A stretch of DNA of 45,479 nucleotides from a virus. Below the pieces are notes generated by a model that was not told where the DNA came from, searched no databases, and saw only the letters and a list, made by a program, of their open reading frames with translations. Location: IMG/VR virus record IMGVR_UViG_3300045747_000435, positions 1-45,479 of that record, one strand, 5' to 3'. Positions 25,207 through 31,953 of this stretch are shown here, piece after piece; the stretch's first letter is position 1; every line of letters starts with the position of its first letter. The translations under genes and the position numbers were made by a program.

Positions 25207-25241
25207 AACCCGCAGGCGATGCGCCTGCATACTCTAGGAGT
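25207..25241 (+). repeat. 35-bp hairpin+SD cassette, copy 2
   Basis: Exact copy of 24664-24698. GGAG lies 7 nt before ATG 25248. Confidence 0.9.
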
Positions 25242-25247
25242 CTTGCA

Positions 25248-26045
25248 ATGTCCCACTATGTACCCGCTGATTTATTTTCGGTTGACACAAACCCCAAAAC
25301 CATAAAAGGCCAAAAATTCGGGTTTATGACAGCAGTCCTGTATATGGCACCCGCCGACCAATCGGGGCATCAGGTTTGCCCAATGGCAAAAATAGCCCAA
25401 TGCGAAAAGGCGTGTTTGTACCGTGCGGGACGTGGTGCTTTTAACGCCACCCAAAACGCCCGCATAAACAAAACCAAATATTTCTTTGAAGACCAAAACA
25501 CATTTATACTTCAAATTGCGCGAGAAGTTTCGCGTTTGGTAGTGCGTGCAAAAAATGCAGGTATGACTCTTTTAGTCCGCATGAACGGCACGCAGGATAT
25601 CAAATGGGAGAATGTACCGTTTACCATTCCCGCCGATTTTCGGCGGCCCCAGGGCGGATTTTTCCCCCAGCCAGGTGTTTATGAAAATATCTTTGCTGCT
25701 TTTCCCGATGTGCAGTTCTATGACTACACAAAAATGCCGTCGCGCGATGCATCCATCAAAAACTACGACCTAACATTTTCGTACTCAGGTGTGCCCGGAT
25801 ACCAAAAGTATGTAAGCCAGGCAATTGCGCAGGGCATGCGTATTGCCGTGGTTTTTCGCCATGAGCGGGACATTCCCTCTAAGTTTTTGGGCATGGATTG
25901 CGTGCCCGGTGATAACAGTGATATCCGCCATATTGAACCCCAAGGTGTGGTGGTGGCGTTGTACGCAAAAGGCCCGGCCAAAAAAGACATGAGCGGATTT
26001 GTGGTGGATGTGCCCGCCCGCGTTATTCCTTTGATGGTGGCGTAA
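25248..26045 (+). CDS. GP88-family-like protein (265 aa), function unknown
   Basis: TNPKTIKGQKFGFMTAVLYMAPADQSGHQVCPMA..CEKACLYRAGRG.....NARINKTKYFFED...LVRMNGTQDIKWE matches my recollection of the mycobacteriophage GP88 domain. Confidence 0.55.
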   Translation: MSHYVPADLFSVDTNPKTIKGQKFGFMTAVLYMAPADQSGHQVCPMAKIAQCEKACLYRAGRGAFNATQNARINKTKYFFEDQNTFILQIAREVSRLVVRAKNAGMTLLVRMNGTQDIKWENVPFTIPADFRRPQGGFFPQPGVYENIFAAFPDVQFYDYTKMPSRDASIKNYDLTFSYSGVPGYQKYVSQAIAQGMRIAVVFRHERDIPSKFLGMDCVPGDNSDIRHIEPQGVVVALYAKGPAKKDMSGFVVDVPARVIPLMVA

Positions 26046-26303
26046 ATGGAAACAAAAACTGTAGGCCATATCGTTTGGCAAAAATACGACATCCGCCATT
26101 GGGGCAAAAAACGCCCGTACTTTTCATGGTGTGCGGATGGTGATGGGTTACTCGCCATAAGGTTTTGGCGTGGTCGGTATCGCCTGTACAACGAATGGCA
26201 ATTTTTAGCAGACCTTGGAAGCGAACTGATGCCCGCCCTGCGTATTGCCACCCGGTACATGCAGCGCGTGGATACCGGCATGTATGAACATTTGAAAACC
26301 TAA
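26046..26303 (+). CDS. Hypothetical protein (85 aa), moron gene 3
   Basis: ATG immediately follows the upstream TAA. Trp/Arg-rich. Confidence 0.5.
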   Translation: METKTVGHIVWQKYDIRHWGKKRPYFSWCADGDGLLAIRFWRGRYRLYNEWQFLADLGSELMPALRIATRYMQRVDTGMYEHLKT

Positions 26304-26317
26304 AGCCCAAAACCCTG

Positions 26318-26343
26318 CGCCTGGTATCCGGGCGTTTTGTTTT
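26318..26343 (+). terminator. Rho-independent terminator closing the moron operon
   Basis: CGCCUGG-UAU-CCGGGCG (one G-U pair) followed by UUUUGUUUU. Confidence 0.6.
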
Positions 26344-26857
26344 GCGTTTTGTTTTGCGTTTTTCTTTTGGCCTGCGCATCAGTGCGGGCGGGTTTGCGTG
26401 CGTTTTTGCGGGTTTCGCAGGGAAAAACTGCGCCCGTGCGGATTATTTTTGAACTTTACATTCGACCCGATAGGAGGGCTTACATGCGTTTGATTGTGCT
26501 TTTGGCCGGTAGGTGGGTAACCCGCCCGCGATGCACGCCTGCACGCCGGGCTGGGCGTGTTTTCGGGGCATGTTTTGGGCCTGCGCACGCCTGCGTTTTT
26601 GGCCTTTTTGGGCCTGGAAATAGATTTTTGGCGGGCGATTACAGGCGTTTTTCGGGCATAGGGCACCTGATGTACCTACCGCCCAAAAAGTCGGCCCAAA
26701 CGCCCGATTTGAGGCCCTGGTGGGCTGAATTTGCGCAGGCAAAAGCCTGCAAAAACGGGCCTTGCCAGGGCAAAAAACCGATTTCGCGTGCTTTCCGGCC
26801 ACCCACCCCCGTGGGAATTTTGGGGCAAAAATTACTTACTTTTCTGGGAATTTGATC
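26332..26857. repeat. Non-coding region dense in G/C-flanked T4-6 and A4-6 tracts, including a 12/12/13-bp tandem GCGTTTTGTTTT x3 (26332-26368)
   Basis: T tracts on the plus strand at 26335-26652 (about 15), mostly A tracts at 26685-26831. GCAGGC-AAAA-GCCTGC hairpin at 26735-26750. No credible ORF. Confidence 0.7.
26783..26831 (+). repeat. 49-bp direct repeat, copy 1 (identical to 27376-27424)
   Basis: TTCGCGTGCTTTCCGGCCACCCACCCCCGTGGGAATTTTGGGGCAAAAA. Ends 26 nt before ATG 26858. Confidence 0.9.
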
Positions 26858-27361
26858 ATGTACAACCTTTTCACCGATGGCCGCATTACCGGGGCTGAAC
26901 TTCAGGTTTTTAGAAATATTTCTGGACTCACCCGCGCTGAGTTTGGCGGTCTTGTGGGTGTCGAGGCCCGCACCGTCAAGTTCTGGGAGAACGGACGCGC
27001 TGGTGTACCCGCCGACGTTGCGGATCGCGCCCAGCACCTCGCGGGCCATGCGCGGCAGTTGGTCGAGGCTTACCTGGATGCTGAGACCATCGCCCTGGTG
27101 CTGTTCAAGGACCAAAACGACCTGGCCCAAGCAATACCCGACGAATCAGGTATGCCATTCCAGTGCCACAACGCGGCGGTTTATGCGGCTTGCGCGGTGT
27201 TAGATCATGTCCGGGTGGTTTGGTTCGATAGAACGCTCTACAGCGCGTTTTTGATCGAGGAGGCCACTACCCCCTCGGACTACCCTGTTCTGACCCGCTG
27301 GGCGTTGACCACGGTGCCCGCGCAGGCCCTTGCCTTCAAGGCCGACCAACCCCCTTCGTAG
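26858..27361 (+). CDS. XRE-type helix-turn-helix protein with unknown C-terminal domain (167 aa)
   Basis: ITGAELQVFRNISGLTRAEFGGLVGVEARTVKFWENGRAGVP is an HTH_3-like motif. ATG 26858 is chosen because upstream codons lie inside the 49-bp repeat. Confidence 0.6.
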   Translation: MYNLFTDGRITGAELQVFRNISGLTRAEFGGLVGVEARTVKFWENGRAGVPADVADRAQHLAGHARQLVEAYLDAETIALVLFKDQNDLAQAIPDESGMPFQCHNAAVYAACAVLDHVRVVWFDRTLYSAFLIEEATTPSDYPVLTRWALTTVPAQALAFKADQPPS

Positions 27362-27375
27362 GGTTTGGGGGCCGG

Positions 27376-27424
27376 TTCGCGTGCTTTCCGGCCACCCACC
27401 CCCGTGGGAATTTTGGGGCAAAAA
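27376..27424 (+). repeat. 49-bp direct repeat, copy 2
   Basis: Exact copy. Starts 15 nt after the HTH gene stop. Confidence 0.9.
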
Positions 27425-27468
27425 ATTGTCTAATTTGTAGGAATTTGAGGTGCTGGTGCGGACCGCTG

Positions 27469-27690
27469 TCAGGGAGCGTGCCCGTACTTTTCTCGGAACT
27501 TCTGTTCCTTCATCTCGCACGCACCGGCTATGAACCGCGCCTCATCCGGGGTCAGTGACTTTTTCTCTTGCTGGCTCCAGCAAAACTTGATCTTGTCCCG
27601 GTCATCGCTTTTGGCGATCTCCTGGGGCGTGCGGCTACACCCTTGCAACAGCAGCAAGCTGGCCGTCAGGGCCATCGTTATCTTTTTCAT
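27469..27690 (-). CDS. Small lipoprotein (73 aa)
   Basis: MKKITMALTASLLLLQGC has a signal peptide and lipobox. AAGGAGG SD. The track ORF start at 27795 is too long. Confidence 0.7.
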   Translation of the reverse strand: MKKITMALTASLLLLQGCSRTPQEIAKSDDRDKIKFCWSQQEKKSLTPDEARFIAGACEMKEQKFREKYGHAP

Positions 27691-28126
27691 GGCTCGTTCC
27701 TCCTTGAATCCGAAGCATATCCTGCAACACCGCGTCCTGCCACCTGTCGCTCCCGCGCAGTGCGAGGTCCACCATCGAGCGGGCGTCGGACACATGCCTG
27801 CCCAATCCCTGGTAGTCCACCCGCATGAAGCGCACGGCCCTGGCCGGTGAGTAGCGGTAAACGTAGCACCACCGTAGCGCGTAGCGATGCAGCGGCGGCA
27901 GTTGGCCCACCAGACGCTCCACCTTCTGCGCTTCGATGATGTCGCACGCCACCCGATGTTCCCGGGGGTGCCACTGCCATGCGTGTGAGCGGTAGTCCCT
28001 GAACATCGGACTCACCTTGCTGGATGTCTGCGGAGTCACCCACCTGGCCCAATTCACCAACCGCTCATGCACCCACTTGTGGTGGTCAAAAACACGAACA
28101 AAATCTGGAACTGCATTTTTTTGCAT
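27635..28126 (-). CDS. Putative late-gene regulator (antiterminator Q-like / sigma region-4-like)
   Basis: ERLVNWARW......EAQKVERLVGQLPPLHRYALRWCYVY....AVRFMRV....L.RHVSDARSMV resembles Q-family and sigma70 region 4 layouts. Last gene but one of the leftward early operon. Confidence 0.4.
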   Translation of the reverse strand: MQKNAVPDFVRVFDHHKWVHERLVNWARWVTPQTSSKVSPMFRDYRSHAWQWHPREHRVACDIIEAQKVERLVGQLPPLHRYALRWCYVYRYSPARAVRFMRVDYQGLGRHVSDARSMVDLALRGSDRWQDAVLQDMLRIQGGTSHEKDNDGPDGQLAAVARV

Positions 28127-28183
28127 ACTTCTTCTAACGTGTAAAAAATTACTTACTCATACTCAGAAAACCTCGGTCCCCTT

Positions 28184-28226
28184 CCCTCATCCACCTCATG
28201 TCGTAGACACATGAGGTTGAGGAGGG
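28184..28226. promoter_or_regulatory. 18-bp imperfect inverted repeat inside a CCCTCA/TGAGGG motif cluster
   Basis: CCCTCATCCACCTCATGT-cgtagac-ACATGAGGTTGAGGAGGG (16/18 pairs), between the primase stop and the Q-like start. Confidence 0.5.
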
Positions 28227-28256
28227 AGTGCTAGGGTCCAACCCTCAAGTCCCTCA

Positions 28257-30347
28257 TTAGTCAATTGAGGGTGAGTGAGGAGATTGAGGGAACACCTTGT
28301 CATCCAAAACCGTAAAATATTGCGGACTCATGTTGCGAATAGACCGCTTGATGTTGTCCATGCGGGCCTTTTCCCCCGGCTTAATCGGTGACCTGTCGGC
28401 CACATATTTCGCCAAAACTGCAAAATCAACGTGGTTGTCGCCCATCAAAAGCCCGGTGAAAAGGCTCAAAATAAGTTGCTGGTTCTCGGTCCCGGGGGTC
28501 TTCGACTTCACCTCTGACGCCTTGAGATCGTTGTGGGTGACCACGCACGAACTGATGTCATCCCCGTCATCGTCCTGACCGATTACCACGGTGGTGAGGG
28601 TGAACCCATACTCCTCGCCGTCCTCCCCGTCTTTCAGCTTTGTAATGGTTGCGCTGCGCATCTGGGGTGCCCGCACCACCTCGATCTCAGCGTCGGCAGC
28701 GGCCCGCAGGCCAGACCATCCCCGGGCACCTTTGCTGCTGTCCTTGCCTGAGTGGTGGACCAGGATCACCAGGGCACCTGTGACGCGGTGCAAGGCCTTG
28801 CAGTGCGCCAGGGCGCGGCCAACGTCTTCGCCACTGTTCTCATTGGCCCCCGGCATGACCTGGGCAAAGGTGTCCACCACGATGATGTCTGTCGGCCCGT
28901 AGGATTTGACTGCGGCGATCAAGTCCTTGATGTCGTTCTTCTCCATGAAGTTGGGAGCGTCCCCGATAACGCCCAGCGGCATCTGGTCAATACCGTGGTG
29001 CTTGCAGTGCGCTGTGAGGCGGGTGCGAAAGCCAGACTCGCCTTCCGCGCAGATGTACACCACCCTGCCCTGCGTTGTCTTCATGCCGCGCCACTGTTGG
29101 CCGCGAGCGATGGCCGACACCATGTCCAGAACGTAGAACGTTTTGCCAGACCCGGACTCGCCAAATACAACTGCGAGTCCCGCCTTGGGCAACACGCCTT
29201 TGATGAACCACGAAGCTGCGGGCCGCTTCAGAAACTCAAAAATATCTTGCACCCGGAACCGATGTTCTTTGGGTTTGGCCTTTTCAGTCTTCGCTGCCTT
29301 GTCCGCGTCGGTGCTGATGTCATCGAACCCGGCCAGCGGGTCTGCTGTCTGCGCTTGCTCTGTCGCGCCAGCATCGGGTGCAGGCATATCGATTTCAGGT
29401 GCCCCAAGGTCATCAAATGCATCAGCGGTAATGCGGCGGGCGTCCGCCTTAGGCTTTGCCTTCTGGCAATGCTCAACCCAGATGTAGAGGCTGGCGCGGT
29501 CAGTGTCCTGGCGGCGGTGGTCCAGCGCGATCTCCATCGCGTGGGGGTTGTTCACCAGCACGCTGAAGACCTCTTGCTCATCCAGACCGGCCTGGAACAG
29601 CGCGATGGCCGCGACATGCAACTCGCCGCTGCGGTCCACGCCCCGGGTGACACCATCATCCAGGAAATCGCGGGTGTAGTACATCAGGTCCAGATCGTGG
29701 TGGTCGGGCAGCATCAACTCGGGCAACAGGTCAGGCATGTCGGCGGCTTCGATCTCCACCTTGCGGAAGTCGCGTCCGTACTTGGCACGCAACTCGGCCA
29801 TGACGCCTGGGGTCAGCGGGCGCAGTTCAGTGGGTGTGCCGCCAACGTGCGTGCCAGTGATCGTCAGGAAGCGCGGGGCATCGCCCCCATACACCTCGAT
29901 GCCCACCTGGTGGTTCATCCAATCTTTGGCCTCGCCTTCTGCGAAGCAGCGAACCCCGTGCCCGCTGGGCGACACCTCGGTGTAGGACTCCACTGAATTG
30001 ATGACGGCCACCGCCCACGGCGCGATCACACCGCTGTCATCGATGCAGTTGTCCAGATCGAAGCCCACAACACCGTGGTGGCCGGTCATGCAGTACCCGA
30101 CACCTGTTGCTTCGGGGTTAGCGTTGTAAGCCCGCAGTGCGTCTTCAAACGTGCCCCACTTCGCCAGGTTGGCGGTGCTGATGCCGTGGGGGCCATTCAG
30201 CGCGACAGGTATCTTGTCGAACTTGCCACGCTTTTCGTTGTAGACCGCTTTCCAGGGTGCCCAGCGTTTTTGATTGCGCAGGGCCGCAGGAATGTGCTGC
30301 GCCCCTTGGAAGGAGTTGATTTTTGGTTGGGACATGTTGACGCTCAT
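28257..30347 (-). CDS. Bifunctional primase-polymerase (AEP PrimPol) fused to a RepA/DnaB-like RecA-fold helicase (AAA_25-like)
   Basis: AEP motifs VGFDLDN, SPSGHGVR and IEVYGG..RFLTITG. Walker A GESGSGKTF. Walker B IIVVDTF. ATG 30347 overlaps the upstream stop (ATGA). Confidence 0.85.
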   Translation of the reverse strand: MSVNMSQPKINSFQGAQHIPAALRNQKRWAPWKAVYNEKRGKFDKIPVALNGPHGISTANLAKWGTFEDALRAYNANPEATGVGYCMTGHHGVVGFDLDNCIDDSGVIAPWAVAVINSVESYTEVSPSGHGVRCFAEGEAKDWMNHQVGIEVYGGDAPRFLTITGTHVGGTPTELRPLTPGVMAELRAKYGRDFRKVEIEAADMPDLLPELMLPDHHDLDLMYYTRDFLDDGVTRGVDRSGELHVAAIALFQAGLDEQEVFSVLVNNPHAMEIALDHRRQDTDRASLYIWVEHCQKAKPKADARRITADAFDDLGAPEIDMPAPDAGATEQAQTADPLAGFDDISTDADKAAKTEKAKPKEHRFRVQDIFEFLKRPAASWFIKGVLPKAGLAVVFGESGSGKTFYVLDMVSAIARGQQWRGMKTTQGRVVYICAEGESGFRTRLTAHCKHHGIDQMPLGVIGDAPNFMEKNDIKDLIAAVKSYGPTDIIVVDTFAQVMPGANENSGEDVGRALAHCKALHRVTGALVILVHHSGKDSSKGARGWSGLRAAADAEIEVVRAPQMRSATITKLKDGEDGEEYGFTLTTVVIGQDDDGDDISSCVVTHNDLKASEVKSKTPGTENQQLILSLFTGLLMGDNHVDFAVLAKYVADRSPIKPGEKARMDNIKRSIRNMSPQYFTVLDDKVFPQSPHSPSID

Positions 30348-30574
30348 GTTGGTGATACGGCCTCTAGCAGTTCTTTGACCTTGGGCGAGAGCAGGTCGTA
30401 GCGCGGGATGCCAAACAGCGCCTCGATCTCCAGGGCACGCTCTAGGGGTGCCCAACCCTGGTCAACCCACTTGCACACTGCGGCTTCGCTCACCTTCAGG
30501 GCGCGGGCCAGGGATTTCTGGTTGCCAGCCATTGCGGCGGCATCCACCATTGCGTTTCGTTTTACGTTTTCCAT
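30344..30574 (-). CDS. Cro-like HTH regulator (YdaS/Cro family)
   Basis: GNQKSLARALKVSEAAVCKWVDQGWAPLERALEIE. GGAGG SD before ATG 30574. Divergent from the repressor-like gene. Confidence 0.7.
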   Translation of the reverse strand: MENVKRNAMVDAAAMAGNQKSLARALKVSEAAVCKWVDQGWAPLERALEIEALFGIPRYDLLSPKVKELLEAVSPT

Positions 30575-30607
30575 CGGTTCCTCCGGGTAATTCACAAATC
30601 GTGAATC

Positions 30608-30623
30608 TTAACCGACAGGTGAA
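30608..30623. promoter_or_regulatory. Operator-like site TTAACCGACAGGTGAA, overlapping the candidate leftward promoter (-10 TAAGAT at 30605-30610, -35 TTACCC at 30628-30633, minus strand)
   Basis: Matches TTAACC-N4-GGTTAA with one mismatch. Confidence 0.45.
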
Positions 30624-30689
30624 CTAAGGGTAAACACTCTGTGATCTTTCTTGTAATCCCGGGCCAAAGGTTTATTGTTACCATCCCGA

Positions 30690-30705
30690 TTAACCACTAG
30701 GTTAA
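30690..30705. promoter_or_regulatory. Operator-like perfect palindrome TTAACCACTAGGTTAA
   Basis: 16-bp dyad located 37 nt upstream of the repressor-like ATG. Confidence 0.5.
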
Positions 30706-30741
30706 TAGGCCCGTAAGTTACTGTATGGATAGGAACACAAC

Positions 30742-31452
30742 ATGAACAACGTACCCACAGCTATCGAAGCACTGATGGCCGACCTGGAGCGGTTGGGCAT
30801 GAGCCAATCGCAGTTCGTTTTTAGACTTGGGCCAGACCAGGACGGCAGTGCTGTCACCGAGTCGGCCATCTCCATGTGGAAGAAGCGCGGCAACATCCCG
30901 CGCAAGTGGGAGCGCCGGGTGGTGGAGATACTTGGCCGCGACAGTTTGACTGCCCGCGTCCTGGAAGACCAGTTCGCCCAGCGGTGGTCCGATCAGCGGT
31001 ACGTTATAGATGTACAGGCCATCGCCCCCGCAATTCGCGAGGCACTTGGTGCCCCAAGCGCACCCCCGGTGAATGAGTTGGCGCTGCCTGAAGAGTTGCA
31101 GAAGTACCAGGGCCGCAGGGCCATCGAGGGCATAGACTTTTTAGGCATCGTTGGCCGCGCCGACTACATAAGCCCCCGCGTGGTGGCCGACCTTAAATGG
31201 GCGGTATCGGCAACGGTGAACCCCACGGTGTACCGCTCCTTGTTCCAGTTCGCGGCGATCCGCCAGCGGGACACCAACAAAAATCGCCACTACGGAGTGA
31301 TTCTGGTGGACCCGCAAGACCAGGTGCAAAACACCGCACGATTGCGCGTCGAAGCGTTGATGCTGGGCGTGACTTTTGAGGTGGTACGAAGCCTGGAAAT
31401 GGCCGCAAAACTGATCGAAGGTTGGGAAAACGGCCATTTGGACGCCGATTAA
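30742..31452 (+). CDS. Repressor-like protein: N-terminal HTH-like segment, unknown C-terminal domain (no S24 peptidase motifs)
   Basis: Divergent from the Cro-like gene. LGMSQSQFVFRLG....AISMWKKRGNIP. Monocistronic, followed by a strong terminator. Confidence 0.55.
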   Translation: MNNVPTAIEALMADLERLGMSQSQFVFRLGPDQDGSAVTESAISMWKKRGNIPRKWERRVVEILGRDSLTARVLEDQFAQRWSDQRYVIDVQAIAPAIREALGAPSAPPVNELALPEELQKYQGRRAIEGIDFLGIVGRADYISPRVVADLKWAVSATVNPTVYRSLFQFAAIRQRDTNKNRHYGVILVDPQDQVQNTARLRVEALMLGVTFEVVRSLEMAAKLIEGWENGHLDAD

Positions 31453-31481
31453 CGCTATATTTTTCATAGCAGCAAACCTAA

Positions 31482-31507
31482 TGCCCGCCTAGTGCGGGCA
31501 CTTTTTT
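31482..31507 (+). terminator. Rho-independent terminator after the repressor-like gene
   Basis: UGCCCGC-CUAGU-GCGGGCA followed by CUUUUUU. Confidence 0.8.
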
Positions 31508-31541
31508 GCTAAATATCTTCACATTTTTGTTCATTTTTGTG

Positions 31542-31569
31542 TTGCAGGGGCACAAATGTTAGGCATAAT
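31542..31569 (+). promoter_or_regulatory. Candidate rightward early promoter
   Basis: TTGCAG-16 nt-CATAAT. An operator-like site lies just downstream. Confidence 0.4.
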
Positions 31570-31579
31570 CCGTCGCAAG

Positions 31580-31595
31580 TTAACCAAGATGTTAA
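31580..31595. promoter_or_regulatory. Operator-like site TTAACCAAGATGTTAA
   Basis: Third TTAACC-N4-(G/T)GTTAA dyad. Lies between the candidate promoter and the first rightward gene. Confidence 0.45.
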
Positions 31596-31614
31596 CTGCA
31601 AGCAAAAGGGATTT

Positions 31615-31953
31615 ATGCCAACTTTCACACACCTCACTGACTCCGAAGTCGCCCGACTTCTGGACTCCCATCCTGACGTTCTGGTCGAAGCCAGCGTGCG
31701 TTTCCCCAAGTTGCCCACGCAACTGGAAGAGGCGCAGAACCTGATCAGCGTAATTGCTGATGCCGGTTTTGACATGACCAAAACCCGCGACATCGAAAAG
31801 GTCCGCGCTGCGGTGCGCTTCGCTGCGGAGCATGACATCAGCGGCGTGCAGGACATCCTGGACACGCTTTACGACATCGATCTGTTTGACGCGGCCTCGC
31901 TGCGCATTGCCTTCGTCCGCAAGAACAAAGAGGCCAGCGATGACGCTGCCTAA
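31615..31953 (+). CDS. Hypothetical protein (112 aa), first gene of the rightward operon
   Basis: AAGGGA SD. Acidic and helical. Confidence 0.55.
   Translation: MPTFTHLTDSEVARLLDSHPDVLVEASVRFPKLPTQLEEAQNLISVIADAGFDMTKTRDIEKVRAAVRFAAEHDISGVQDILDTLYDIDLFDAASLRIAFVRKNKEASDDAA

Noticed and set aside
26337-26855. 172-aa plus-strand ORF, with overlapping 95-aa and 119-aa minus-strand ORFs, in the A/T-tract region
   Set aside because: The translations are Arg/Cys/Pro/Gly-rich and repeat-derived. There is no SD. The region is better explained as non-coding repeat DNA. The 3' end of the plus ORF merely reads through the 49-bp repeat into the HTH gene.
26827-28157. 14-nt match AAAAATTACTTACT at 26827-26840 and 28144-28157
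   Set aside because: A single 14-mer match is expected by chance in a 45-kb sequence searched on both strands. The two copies have opposite orientation relative to their adjacent genes.
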